From positions 22,688-86,687 of the forward strand of contig JANMWZ010000149.1 in NCBI GenBank assembly GCA_031441585.1: a stretch of 64,000 bases of DNA, given 5' to 3'. The position numbers were made by a program, and so were the translations under genes. The notes below the pieces were generated by a model that worked only from the letters and a program-made list of their open reading frames with translations, searched no databases and had not been told where the DNA came from. This DNA comes from Gammaproteobacteria bacterium (GTDB lineage: Bacteria > Pseudomonadota > Gammaproteobacteria > Steroidobacterales > Steroidobacteraceae). Shown piece by piece: positions 7,976 through 20,249 of this stretch. Numbering within the stretch: position 1 is the stretch's first letter; the number at the start of each line of letters is the position of its first letter.

Positions 7976-8437
7976 TTATTCGGGCTTGAACTCGATCGAG
8001 TCCCAGCGCGTGGATTCCTCGTGGCGTGCCTGACGGCGAATGGCATCGACCAGCGCCCGCTCATCCCAACCGACACGCTCATCAGCCAGATCCGTGATAT
8101 AGCGCGGCACCTCTATATCGCGACCAAAGCCGCCCAATAACACCACCGGCTGGTCGCTGGCTTTGGCGTAGTTGACCTGGAAAACCAGCAGCTCTGCCTG
8201 AGTGCTGATCAGGCTCCCAAGGGCCACGAGCACTTCGGCGCTGTTGATTTGCCGGCGCAGGTCTTCCCGCCGCGCCTCGACACCGGTATCGGCAGGCGGC
8301 TTCTCAGGCGTGCTGCAATTGCGATAATAGAAATTGCGCGCACTCTCCAGATACTCGAAAACGCGCAGATAGTCGTCACTGCCCTGCCAGGTGTGAGTGA
8401 CGAAAACGCGGATGGGATCGCGCTGTGACATGCACAC
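7976..8437 (-). CDS. TIR-like (DUF1863/ThsB-like) domain protein
   Basis: IRVFVTHTWQGSDDYLRVFEYLE...RRQINSAEVLVALGSL...AELLVFQVNYAKASDQPVVLL fits the strand-helix pattern of MTH538/TIR-like domains. Assignment is by eye only. Confidence 0.4.
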   Translation of the reverse strand: MCMSQRDPIRVFVTHTWQGSDDYLRVFEYLESARNFYYRNCSTPEKPPADTGVEARREDLRRQINSAEVLVALGSLISTQAELLVFQVNYAKASDQPVVLLGGFGRDIEVPRYITDLADERVGWDERALVDAIRRQARHEESTRWDSIEFKPE

Positions 8438-8470
8438 AGTGTACTGTGCGACCCCGGAGGTTGGAAATTC

Positions 8471-9208
8471 TTGCGATTACTGGTCTACAACATCCGCTAC
8501 GCCACCGGTACCGGTCCGGCGTTTCACCTGCCAGTGCCGGGCGCTGGCTACCTGCGCAGCAGCCGCCGGGTACTCGACGACATAACGCAGTTTGTACGCC
8601 GCGAAGATCCGGATCTGGTCGGGCTGGTGGAGGTGGATACCGGTTCGATTCGCACCGGGATGCTCAATCAGGCTGAGCACATCGCCGACTCGCTCGGGCA
8701 CTACACGGCCTACGAGTGCAAATACGGCTCGCGCTCCATCAACAACCTGGTGCCAATCGTGCGCAAGCAGGCCAACGCGCTGCTGGCGGCCCCGCGCGTC
8801 ACCGGTGAACGCTTTCACTATTTCGATACCGGCATCAAGCGCCTGATCATCGAACTCGAGCTCGACGAGGTGTGTGTATTTCTCGTGCACCTGTCGGTGA
8901 AATACCGCCATCGGCAATATCAGCTGCACACGCTTCACGATCTGATCGCCAGCGCTACCAAACCAGTCATTGTGGCGGGTGATTTCAATACCTTCTGGGG
9001 TACCCACGAAATCTACCTGTTCATGCGCGCCTCAGGCCTGCGCAGCGCCAACGTGCTGGGCCTGCCCACCTATCCGGCGCGCAAGCCGCGCGTCGAGCTT
9101 GACTTCATACTGGTGAGTGCCGGAATTCAAGTCACGGGCTTCCGGATTCCGGAAGTGCGCTACTCTGATCATCGGCCGTTGGTGTGCGATTTCGAAATCA
9201 AGAAGTGA
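8471..9208 (+). CDS. Endonuclease/exonuclease/phosphatase (EEP) family protein
   Basis: N-terminal LLVYNIRY, central GLVEVD, C-terminal GDFN and SDHRPLVCDF motifs. TTG start. Confidence 0.8.
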   Translation: MRLLVYNIRYATGTGPAFHLPVPGAGYLRSSRRVLDDITQFVRREDPDLVGLVEVDTGSIRTGMLNQAEHIADSLGHYTAYECKYGSRSINNLVPIVRKQANALLAAPRVTGERFHYFDTGIKRLIIELELDEVCVFLVHLSVKYRHRQYQLHTLHDLIASATKPVIVAGDFNTFWGTHEIYLFMRASGLRSANVLGLPTYPARKPRVELDFILVSAGIQVTGFRIPEVRYSDHRPLVCDFEIKK

Positions 9209-9217
9209 GGGGGCAAC

Positions 9218-11251
9218 ATGTCTGAACCCGCTGCCTGGCAACTGAGCCGCGATGCCGACGGCATTGCCACCCTGACCCTGGATCGGCCGGGCGCCTCCGC
9301 CAATTCGCTCAGTCGCAGCGTAATGCTGGAGCTCAGGGAACGACTCAAGGAGCTGCAGGCCCAACCGCCGCGCGGCCTGGTCCTGCGTTCTGGCAAGGGC
9401 TCCGGATTCATCGCCGGGGCTGACATACGCGAGTTCACCACCCTGCAGAACTCGACTGAGGCCCTGGTGTTGATCCGCAACGGTCAGCAGGCCTGCGACG
9501 AGTTGGCCGCGCTCCCCTTCCCCACCGTGGCGGCCATCCAGGGTTTTGCCCTGGGCGGTGGACTTGAAGTGGCCCTGGCCTGCCGTTATCGCGTGGCCGT
9601 GGATGACGGCCGCCTGTCGCTCGGTTTTCCGGAAGTTCAGCTGGGCATCCTTCCGGGTTTTGGCGGCACGGTGCGCAGTGTGCGGCTGCTGGGCGTGCGC
9701 CAGGCCATGGAGCTGATGCTCACGGGCAAGCCGCTGCGTGCCGATCGGGCGCTGGCGATCGGACTGGTCGATCGGCTGGTATCCACCAAGGAGCTGGACG
9801 CTGCCGCGCGGCGCATGATCACCGAGACGCCGACCGTGCAACACGCGCCTTGGCTCGATCGACTGCTAAACCTGCCGGGTATCCGTCAGCTGCTGCGCGC
9901 CTCACTCGAAGCGCGTGTCGCACGCCAGGCGCGGCGCGATCACTATCCGGCGCCCTACGCGATCATCGATTTGTGGGTCCGCCACGGCGCGCGCGGTCGC
10001 GGCGCATTTGCTGCCGAGGCCGAGTCCATCGCCCACCTGTTTACGACCACGACCGCGCGCAGTCTGGTGCGAATGTTTCTGCTGCAGGATCGCCTCAAGG
10101 CGCTGGGCGGTAAATCGGCGACACCCATCAAACGCGTGCATGTGATCGGCGCCGGGGTGATGGGCGGCGATATCGCCGCCTGGTGCGCGCTGCGTGGCCT
10201 GGAGGTTACGCTGCAGGATCGCGAGCAGAAATTCATCGACCCGGCGCTGCAGCGGGCTGCGACGCTGTTTGATAAACGCCTGAAAAATCCCGCCGAGCGC
10301 GCGCAGGCGCGTGATCGGCTGCGCGCCGACGTCGCTGGCGCCGGCGTCGCCAGCGCCGATGTGCTGATCGAAGCGATCTTTGAAGATCTGGACGCCAAAC
10401 GCGCGCTCTACACCCAGGCTGAAGCGCGCCTGCCGGCCAGCGCGCTGCTCGCCACCAACACCTCGAGTATCACGATCGAGCAGCTGGCAGAAAAACTGCA
10501 GGATCCGGCGCGACTGGTAGGCCTGCACTTCTTCAATCCGGTCGCACAGATGCCCCTGGTTGAAGTTATTCACGCGGACAATACCCACAGCGCCTCGTTG
10601 GCTGCCGCCATGGCCTTTGCGCGGCGCATCGACAAATTGCCATTGCCGTGCCGCAGCGGGCCGGGATTCCTCGTCAATCGGGTTTTGTTTCCGTACTTGC
10701 ACGAAGCCCTGTATGCGGCCGGCGAAGGCGTGCCGCTGGCGCTTATTGATCAGGCGGCGGTCGATTTTGGCATGCCCATGGGTCCCATCGAACTCGCCGA
10801 TGTCGTGGGTCTGGATGTGTGCGTACACGTTGGCGACATCATCACCCGTGAATTGGGACGCGCGCTGCCCCCATTTGCCGCGCGGATGCGCGAGTTGGTG
10901 GCCGCGCGACAGCTCGGTCGCAAAAGTGGTCAGGGCTTCTACCTCTGGCAGGATGGCAAACCGCTGCGTCCTGCAATCAGCTCCGTAATGCCGGGCGATC
11001 TCGCTGATCGACTGATACTCGCGCTGCTGAACGAATGCGCGGCCTGCTTGCGCGAGAAGGTGGTCGCCGATGCCGACCTGCTCGATGCGGGCATCGTCTT
11101 TGGCATCGGCTTTGCGCCGTTCCGCGGCGGCCCGTTGCAATACGCACGTGATCGCGGCATTGCAGCGATAGTCGCGCGTCTGGGCGAGCTTGAGGCGCGC
11201 TTCGGTTCACGCTTTCATCCTGATGCGTACTGGTCGCAACTAGGCTCGTGA
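9218..11251 (+). CDS. Bifunctional enoyl-CoA hydratase / 3-hydroxyacyl-CoA dehydrogenase (FadB/FadJ-like)
   Basis: Crotonase block GFIAGADIREF, Rossmann block VIGAGVMGGDIA, and a C-terminal 3HCDH domain. 677 aa. Confidence 0.9.
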   Translation: MSEPAAWQLSRDADGIATLTLDRPGASANSLSRSVMLELRERLKELQAQPPRGLVLRSGKGSGFIAGADIREFTTLQNSTEALVLIRNGQQACDELAALPFPTVAAIQGFALGGGLEVALACRYRVAVDDGRLSLGFPEVQLGILPGFGGTVRSVRLLGVRQAMELMLTGKPLRADRALAIGLVDRLVSTKELDAAARRMITETPTVQHAPWLDRLLNLPGIRQLLRASLEARVARQARRDHYPAPYAIIDLWVRHGARGRGAFAAEAESIAHLFTTTTARSLVRMFLLQDRLKALGGKSATPIKRVHVIGAGVMGGDIAAWCALRGLEVTLQDREQKFIDPALQRAATLFDKRLKNPAERAQARDRLRADVAGAGVASADVLIEAIFEDLDAKRALYTQAEARLPASALLATNTSSITIEQLAEKLQDPARLVGLHFFNPVAQMPLVEVIHADNTHSASLAAAMAFARRIDKLPLPCRSGPGFLVNRVLFPYLHEALYAAGEGVPLALIDQAAVDFGMPMGPIELADVVGLDVCVHVGDIITRELGRALPPFAARMRELVAARQLGRKSGQGFYLWQDGKPLRPAISSVMPGDLADRLILALLNECAACLREKVVADADLLDAGIVFGIGFAPFRGGPLQYARDRGIAAIVARLGELEARFGSRFHPDAYWSQLGS

Positions 11252-11298
11252 AGCCCTGTGCTACCATCCGGAGCTGATCTGGGGCCCTGAGGTTAGCA

Positions 11299-12372
11299 AT
11301 GAGCGACGGTCGATCCGCCGATGTGGCGCTGCTGCGCAAGCTCTCGCCGCTGGACGGAATGAAAAACGATAACCTTGCGGCCCTTGCCCGCAAGGTGGCA
11401 ATCAGGGAATTGCCCGCCAATCGCATGCTCTTCAAGGAAGGTGACACCGAGCGGCGCACTTATTGGCTGATCTCCGGCATGATCGAGCTGCGTGAAGGCG
11501 AACGCACCGTGGCCATGATTCGCGGCGGCACGCCCGAGGCACGGGTAGCGCTGGCGCCAAAAATGCCGCGCCGCCAGTCGGCGCGCGCAGTCGACGCGCT
11601 CGAATACCTGATGATCGACTCCGACCTGCTCGACATGATGATCACCTGGGATCAGACCGGCACCTATGAGGTCGGTGAGCTGCAGGCGCAGTTTGGTAGT
11701 GGCGGTGGCGGTGATGACTGGATGACGACGCTCCTGCAGACCAAGGCCTTTCACCGGATTCCGCCGGCAAATATCCAGGCGATCTTCATGCGCATGCAGC
11801 GCATCGCCTGCCGCACCGGCGAAGTGATCATCCAGCAGGGTACTGAAGGTGACTATTTTTACGCCGTGGTCAGCGGCAAGTGCGTGGTGACGCGCGAGAC
11901 GCCGCTGAACCGCGAGGGCATCCGCCTGGCAGAGCTTACGGTCGGCGACACTTTCGGCGAAGAGGCGTTGATCTCGGAAGCCAAGCGCAATGCCACCATC
12001 ACGATGCTCACCGATGGCGTACTGATGCGCCTCAGCAAGCAGGACTTCCGCGAACTCATGAACGAGCCGCTGCAGCAATGGGTGACTTACCCCGATGCGC
12101 ACGCCATCATTGCCCGCGGTGGGCGCTGGCTCGATGTGCGCCTGCCCTCGGAGTTCCAGAATCTCGCCATCGAGAACGCGCTCAATATTCCGCTGTACTT
12201 TATCCGCCTGAAGCTCGCGACGCTCGACCGCAAAGTGCCCTACGTGGTGTATTGCGACACCGGCCGGCGCAGCGCGGCGGGCGCGTTCATTCTGCTGGAA
12301 CGGGGTTTCGATGCCTACGTTCTGCGCGGTGGCTTGACCAGCGCGGAAGCGGAGTTGCGGCGCCCGAGCTAG
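11299..12372 (+). CDS. Protein with two cyclic-nucleotide-binding domains and a C-terminal rhodanese domain
   Basis: FGEEALISEAKRNATITMLTDGVLMRLSKQDF is a CAP_ED signature. The rhodanese loop is YCDTGRRSAAG. Confidence 0.75.
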   Translation: MSDGRSADVALLRKLSPLDGMKNDNLAALARKVAIRELPANRMLFKEGDTERRTYWLISGMIELREGERTVAMIRGGTPEARVALAPKMPRRQSARAVDALEYLMIDSDLLDMMITWDQTGTYEVGELQAQFGSGGGGDDWMTTLLQTKAFHRIPPANIQAIFMRMQRIACRTGEVIIQQGTEGDYFYAVVSGKCVVTRETPLNREGIRLAELTVGDTFGEEALISEAKRNATITMLTDGVLMRLSKQDFRELMNEPLQQWVTYPDAHAIIARGGRWLDVRLPSEFQNLAIENALNIPLYFIRLKLATLDRKVPYVVYCDTGRRSAAGAFILLERGFDAYVLRGGLTSAEAELRRPS

Positions 12373-12389
12373 GGCAGGCCGCGCGGACG

Positions 12390-12812
12390 CTACATCGTGT
12401 GCGTGGCCTTGTCGCCCGAGAGCGCACCGGCCAGATAGTTTTCGATCTTGTGGCGGGTCTGGCCGCGATCCTGGTCGCTGAACTGCACGCCGATGCCAGC
12501 GGTACGCTTGCCCTGCGCGCCTTTGGGCGTGACCCAGATGACACGTCCGGCCACCGGCAGCTTTTCATCCTCGCCCATCAGGTTCAGAAGCATGAACACT
12601 TCATCGCCAATGCGATAGTTGCTGTTGGTAGGAATGAACAGCCCGCCGTTGTTTACGAACGGCATATAGGCGAGATACAAGGCGCTCTTGTCCTTGATGG
12701 TAAGCGTCAGCAGACCGGGCTTCGCCGTGGCCGTGCGCGCCAGTTCTACCCGCGGCGCAGTATCGCCTGACGCCGGCGGGTCGTTATTGCGCGCTTGGTT
12801 GTCTTTTGCCAT
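12390..12812 (-). CDS. pilZ: Type IV pilus assembly PilZ-domain protein
   Basis: LTLTIKDKSALYLAYMPFVNNGGLFIPT...VAGRVIWVTP...GIGVQF is the PilZ fold. It holds the conserved position downstream of tmk-holB. Confidence 0.85.
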   Translation of the reverse strand: MAKDNQARNNDPPASGDTAPRVELARTATAKPGLLTLTIKDKSALYLAYMPFVNNGGLFIPTNSNYRIGDEVFMLLNLMGEDEKLPVAGRVIWVTPKGAQGKRTAGIGVQFSDQDRGQTRHKIENYLAGALSGDKATHTM

Positions 12813-12840
12813 CTACTTTTAAAAGCTCGCGTCTATATTG

Positions 12841-12881
12841 CCCATTCGACGGCCCATTCGACGGCCCATTCAACGCTCCAT

Positions 12882-12888
<7 letters not shown>
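12841..12888. repeat. Four tandem 12-bp repeats in the holB-pilZ spacer
   Basis: cccattcgacgg / cccattcgacgg / cccattcaacgc / tccattcagcgc. The last unit overlaps the holB stop. Confidence 0.9.
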
Positions 12889-15540
<2,652 letters not shown>

Positions 15541-15560
<20 letters not shown>

Positions 15561-16356
15561 TCGCCTCCCACAGGCGGGTCAGGGAGGTCGGCACCGCCAG
15601 CCGCCGACCTTCGTACCAGTGTACGGCCTGCAGGCCCAGGCGCACATTGCTGACGACAATTGACGGCACCTGCAGCAGATCGAGCGGTGTCAGGTTCACC
15701 TCGCGCACCGCCAGGCCCACCGTCGGCGCGAGCGCCAACACCAGCGAGCGCATGACTCCGGCAACCCCGCAGGCCGTGATAGTCGGTGTCAGCCATTCAT
15801 TGCCATCTACCACGAACACATTGGACATGGTGCCGCAGACCACTTCCCCGGATTCACAGCACTGCAGCGCTTCATCAACCCCTGCCTGCCCCGCCACGCG
15901 CTGCGCCAGCACCTGCTCGAGGCGATTGAGGTGCTTGATGCCAGCCAACGCGACATTGCGACCGAGCTTCACGGGCGAGAGCTGCACTCGAAATTCGCTG
16001 CCCGGAGCAGCCGGCCATTCATAGCGGCTGAGGATGCGAGTGGCACGCTCTGCGCCGGTTGGGCGATACCCGCGCCCGGCGGCTTGCCCACGCGTAACGA
16101 TGAGTTTGAGCAGGCATCGCTGCCGATCGAGCGCCAGCATGTTTATTTCCTGGCGCAGCGCCGCTACCTCGGGCATGGCGATCCCCAACTGCTCGCAGCC
16201 ACGCTGCAAACGTGCCAGGTGTCGTTCAAACCAGCGCACCCTGCCCTGTACGCAGGTCATGGTTTCAAACAGGCCGTCACCATACTGCAGGCCACGATCG
16301 TGCACCGACACCGTGGTGGCGGCGAGGCCATCGATAAGCGTGAGTGAATCGTTCAC
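15541..16356 (-). CDS. pabC: Aminodeoxychorismate lyase
   Basis: DRGLQYGDGLFETM is a class IV aminotransferase-fold motif. The gene is adjacent to pabB. The GTG at 16356 was chosen so the gene starts after the pabB stop. Confidence 0.8.
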
Positions 16357-16381
16357 GCCGGATCCCGCGCTGCGACCTGGC

Positions 16382-17794
16382 TCACGCAACCGCACCAAAA
16401 GCACGCACCATGCCGCGCGCCTTGGCGCGTGTTTCGGCGAGTTCACGCTGCCAATCAGAATCGGCCACGATGCCGGCGCCGGCGCGAAATTCCAGCTCAT
16501 TGCCCTGCAGTGTCGCGGTACGAATCAGAATATTGAAATCCATGGAGCCGTCCAGATTGATGAATCCGAGTGAACCGGTATAGGCGCCACGTGGCTCAGC
16601 TTCCAGTTCGCCGATGATCTGCATGCAGCGGTATTTGGGGCAACCGGTGATGGTCCCGCCAGGAAACACCGCGCGCAGCACTTCGCCAGGCGTAACGCCG
16701 CTGCGCAGCACGCCGCGCACGTTGGAAACAATGTGATGCACGTGACGATAACTCTCGGTCACCATGAACTCGTTGACCTCGACGCTGCCTGGACGGCAGA
16801 TGCGTCCGAGATCATTGCGCTCCAGATCAATGAGCATCACATGCTCGGCACGTTCTTTCGGATTGGCAAGCAGCAACGACTGCTCGTCCCTATCGGCGCC
16901 GGCCGCGCCGCTGCGCGCCCTGGTACCGGCGATAGGCCGGGTATCGACGCGCCCCGCGCTCACTCTGACCAGGCGTTCGGGCGACGAACACAACACGCTA
17001 ATGCCGGGAAAAGCTGCCAGGGCGCCGAACGGCGCCGGATTGGCCTGCCGCAGGCGCTGGTAGAGCTGCCCGGCACCCTGCCCGGCACCCTGCCCGGCAC
17101 GCAAGCGCCAGCCGCGCGATAAATTGGCCTGATAGATGTCACCCGCCGCGATATAACGTTGTGCACGCAATACTGCTTCGCGAAACAGGCCCTCGTCCTG
17201 CTCTTCCAGGGCAGCGCCCAGGCGCGCCGCTGAGTGTGCCTGCGCCGGCACCGACAGCCCGATGGCTGGTGCCGACGCCAGCGCATCGGCGAGCACCCGC
17301 AACTGCGCTTCAGCTTCAGGCTCAGCGACAATGATGCAACGCGACTGCGCATGATCATAGATAATTGCCGCGCGCACCCGCAGCGCCAGGGCGCAGATCG
17401 CATCGCATCGCTGCGCCGGAATCTTCAGCCCGGTTTCGATGAACGCCGCCATCTCGTACGACAGGTACACGGCCCAACCGCCGCTGAACGGTAGCGCGGC
17501 GCCGGCATCCGCTACCCGAACGCTTTGCCACCACTCGTCGAACGCCGCGAGAAAATCCGTGGACTTGAGGGCAATGCCCTGACGCTCCAGTCGGCCGTCG
17601 CCGCGCAGCAGCAGCGCAGCCTCCGCACGGGAAAACAGCATGGAGTAACGACCCAGCGCATCGCGGGCCACACCCTCGCCGCTCGCAGCGCTATCCAGAA
17701 ACAATGGAAAGTCATCGGGCCGATGAGTCGCCAGCCAGACCAATTGCGCTGGCGAGGCCGAGACTTCGCGCATCAGCGGAGCGCGTAGCGACAT
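16382..17794 (-). CDS. pabB: Aminodeoxychorismate synthase component I
   Basis: Chorismate-binding signature PGGTITGCPKYRCMQIIGELE. Followed by pabC. Confidence 0.85.
   Translation of the reverse strand: MSLRAPLMREVSASPAQLVWLATHRPDDFPLFLDSAASGEGVARDALGRYSMLFSRAEAALLLRGDGRLERQGIALKSTDFLAAFDEWWQSVRVADAGAALPFSGGWAVYLSYEMAAFIETGLKIPAQRCDAICALALRVRAAIIYDHAQSRCIIVAEPEAEAQLRVLADALASAPAIGLSVPAQAHSAARLGAALEEQDEGLFREAVLRAQRYIAAGDIYQANLSRGWRLRAGQGAGQGAGQLYQRLRQANPAPFGALAAFPGISVLCSSPERLVRVSAGRVDTRPIAGTRARSGAAGADRDEQSLLLANPKERAEHVMLIDLERNDLGRICRPGSVEVNEFMVTESYRHVHHIVSNVRGVLRSGVTPGEVLRAVFPGGTITGCPKYRCMQIIGELEAEPRGAYTGSLGFINLDGSMDFNILIRTATLQGNELEFRAGAGIVADSDWQRELAETRAKARGMVRAFGAVA
17066..17101. repeat. Three tandem 12-bp units inside pabB
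   Basis: ctgcccggcacc x3 encodes GQGAGQGAGQ on the minus strand. Confidence 0.9.
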
Positions 17795-17816
17795 GCGGGG
17801 CGGCCGGTAAGCCGCG

Positions 17817-19061
17817 TCAGCCCGTCAGGCGACGCACAATCAGGGTGCCGTTGGTGCCGCCAAAGCCGAAGGAATTCGACATGGCGACATCGATGCGCAT
17901 CTGGCGCGCCGTGTTGGGAACGAAATCAAGATCGCAGTCCGGATCAGGCGTAACGTAGTTGATGGTCGGCGGCGCCACCTGATCGCGTATCGCCAGCACG
18001 CAGAAGACCGCTTCCAGCACGCCCGCCGCGCCGAGCAGATGACCGGTCATCGACTTGGTGGAACTCACCGCCAGTTTGTAGGCGTGTTCGCCAAAGGCCT
18101 GCTTCATGGCCACAGTCTCGGCCTTATCGCCCAGCGGTGTCGAGGTGGCGTGAGCGTTCAGATACTGCACCTGATCCGGATTCAAGCCAGCATCACGCAG
18201 CGCATTTTGCATGGCCAGACGTGCGCCGGCGCCATCTTCTGGTGGCGCGGTTATATGATGGGCATCGCCGCTCATGCCAAAACCGACCAGTTCCGCAAAG
18301 ATGCGCGCGCCGCGCCGCCTGGCATGCTCATAGTCCTCCAGCACCATCGCCCCACCGCCATCGCCGCTGACGAAACCGTCGCGATCAAGATCCCAGGGGC
18401 GGCTGGCCGTGGTCGGTGAATCATTGCGGGTCGAGAGCGCCTTGGCCTGCGCGAAGCCGCCGATTGCCGTCGGCGTGGTCGCCATCTCGGCGCCGCCGGC
18501 GATGATCAGATCGGCGTCACCATACTGGATGGCGCGCGCCGCGAGACCCACGGCATGCGTCGAGGTGGTGCAGGCGCTGACCACGCCGAGATTCGGGCCG
18601 CGCAAGCCAAAACGAATCGACAGATGCCCGGCCAGCATGTTGATAATGGAGCCGGGAATATAAAACGGCGAGATGCGGCGCGAGCCACCAGCCAGGTAGG
18701 CATTGTGTTCGGATTCGATGGTGCTGAGGCCACCGATGCCCGAACCCATGATCACGCCGCAGCGATCGCGATCAAGCCGCTCGAATTCAGCGCCGGCATC
18801 GGCAACCGCCTGCACACCAGCGGCAATGCCATAGTGCATGAAAGGATCCATGCGACGCGCTTCTTTAGGCGGCAGGTAAGTGTCGAGATTGAAGCCGCGC
18901 ACCGCGCCAGTAAAGCGCACCGGCAGCGCGCTGGCATCAAAGCGCGTGATCGCTCCGATGCCACTCTCGCCGCGCAGGGCGGCCGCCCAGGCATCGTCCA
19001 CGCTGCTGCCGAGCGGGCAGACCAGCCCGAGGCCGGTAATGACAACGCGGCGCTTACTCAA
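17817..19061 (-). CDS. fabF: Beta-ketoacyl-ACP synthase II
   Basis: RRVVITGLG, active-site SACTTS, and HATSTPLGD / GFGGTN motifs. Confidence 0.95.
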   Translation of the reverse strand: MSKRRVVITGLGLVCPLGSSVDDAWAAALRGESGIGAITRFDASALPVRFTGAVRGFNLDTYLPPKEARRMDPFMHYGIAAGVQAVADAGAEFERLDRDRCGVIMGSGIGGLSTIESEHNAYLAGGSRRISPFYIPGSIINMLAGHLSIRFGLRGPNLGVVSACTTSTHAVGLAARAIQYGDADLIIAGGAEMATTPTAIGGFAQAKALSTRNDSPTTASRPWDLDRDGFVSGDGGGAMVLEDYEHARRRGARIFAELVGFGMSGDAHHITAPPEDGAGARLAMQNALRDAGLNPDQVQYLNAHATSTPLGDKAETVAMKQAFGEHAYKLAVSSTKSMTGHLLGAAGVLEAVFCVLAIRDQVAPPTINYVTPDPDCDLDFVPNTARQMRIDVAMSNSFGFGGTNGTLIVRRLTG

Positions 19062-19095
19062 ACGTGAAACCTGTCAACGTGCGCTAGGCTGAAGC

Positions 19096-19117
19096 TGCGT
19101 CAGCAATGGCTGACGCA
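19096..19117 (-). other. Stem-loop in the acpP-fabF spacer
   Basis: tgcgtcagc-aatg-gctgacgca gives a 9-bp stem and a 4-nt loop with no U-tract. It is a possible partial terminator or processing site. Confidence 0.3.
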
Positions 19118-19124
19118 CGCTGCA

Positions 19125-19367
19125 TCAGGCCTTGGCACGACGTTCGTTGATGTAATCGATCGCCTGCTGGACCGTGGTGATCTTTTCGGCGTCCTCGTCC
19201 GGAATTTCAATTTCGAATTCCTCTTCGAGAGCCATGACCAGCTCGACCGTGTCGAGCGAATCAGCGCCCAGATCATCGACGAAGGAGGCAGCGTTGGTGA
19301 CCTGCTCAGCCTTGACGCCCAGCTGTTCAGCTACGATCGCCTTTACCTGTTGTTCAACGTTGCTCAT
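19125..19367 (-). CDS. acpP: Acyl carrier protein
   Basis: [19 protein letters not shown] contains the phosphopantetheine Ser. Confidence 0.97.
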   Translation of the reverse strand: MSNVEQQVKAIVAEQLGVKAEQVTNAASFVDDLGADSLDTVELVMALEEEFEIEIPDEDAEKITTVQQAIDYINERRAKA

Positions 19368-19493
19368 CTTGTTCAGACCCTCTGTTCGTGTGGCAGGCCG
19401 CCTGGACGCGCGGGCGGCGTATTGTAGGGGAACACCCCGCCCGCCGCCACCCGCCTATTTTGCGAGTACTTGATTTTTCTGATGATTTACGAT

Positions 19494-20240
19494 CTAACCC
19501 CCCATATACATGCCGCCATTGACATGCAGAATCTGCCCGGTCACGTACCCGGAGCGCTCCCCAGCCAGAAACAGCACCATGTCAGCCACGTCTTCCGGGC
19601 TGCCAAAACGCCCCAGCGGGATCTGCGCCTGGTAGGCGCTTCTATGCTCCGCTGGCAGGGCGCGCGTCATGTCGGTTTCGATAAAACCTGGTGCCACGGC
19701 ATTCACGGTGATATTTCGGCCCGCCAATTCGCGCGCCAGGGCGCGGGTAAAACCGTCGAGTCCGGCCTTGGCAGCCGAGTAATGCGTTTGACCGACATTG
19801 CCGATTGAACCGATTACCGAGCTGATGTTGATGATGCGGCCGCGCCGCTCCTTGAGCATGCGCTTGAGGCACAGCTTGGTGAGTCGAAATACCGAGGACA
19901 GGTTGATGTTCAGGGTCAAATCCCATTCTTCAGCCTTCAGGCGCAGCACCAGGCCATCGCGCGCGATGCCCGCGTTGTTGACCAGAATCGTGGGCAGGCC
20001 TTCCTGGCCATCAAGCTGCGCAACCAGCGCCTCGGCGCCGCCCACGGCGGCGGCGTCATAGACCACGCCGCGCCCGCGCAGGGAACGCTCCTTGAACCAG
20101 GCGGTGATGGCATCGCTCCCGGTGCTGGTGGTCGCCGTGCCAACGACCGTAGCGCCAGCCTGCGCCAAAGACAGTGCAATCGCCTGGCCGATGCCGCGCG
20201 AGGCACCGGTTACCAGGGCCACGTCAGTGTTGCTGATCAC
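19494..20240 (-). CDS. fabG: 3-oxoacyl-ACP reductase
   Basis: TGASRGIG and YSAAK SDR motifs. Sits in the fab cluster. Confidence 0.95.
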   Translation of the reverse strand: MISNTDVALVTGASRGIGQAIALSLAQAGATVVGTATTSTGSDAITAWFKERSLRGRGVVYDAAAVGGAEALVAQLDGQEGLPTILVNNAGIARDGLVLRLKAEEWDLTLNINLSSVFRLTKLCLKRMLKERRGRIINISSVIGSIGNVGQTHYSAAKAGLDGFTRALARELAGRNITVNAVAPGFIETDMTRALPAEHRSAYQAQIPLGRFGSPEDVADMVLFLAGERSGYVTGQILHVNGGMYMGG

Positions 20241-20249
20241 AAAATGCTC

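Noticed and set aside
9902-11140. 412-aa minus-strand ORF antisense to the fadB-like gene
   Set aside because: It is a shadow ORF of a well-supported gene with Arg/Ala/Gly-rich, motif-free translation. Several other long antisense ORFs fall in the same class:
- 59679..60914 over hisC/hisB
- 32317..33549 over addB
- 14244..15476 over mltG
- 30213..31247 over addA/addB
- 20244..21239 over fabD
- 12795..13808 over holB
- 26453..27346 over gspM/N
- 51989..52876 over frmA
- 9032..9844 over the EEP/fadB-like junction
- 11293..12102 over the cNMP gene
- 63131..63715 over hisIE
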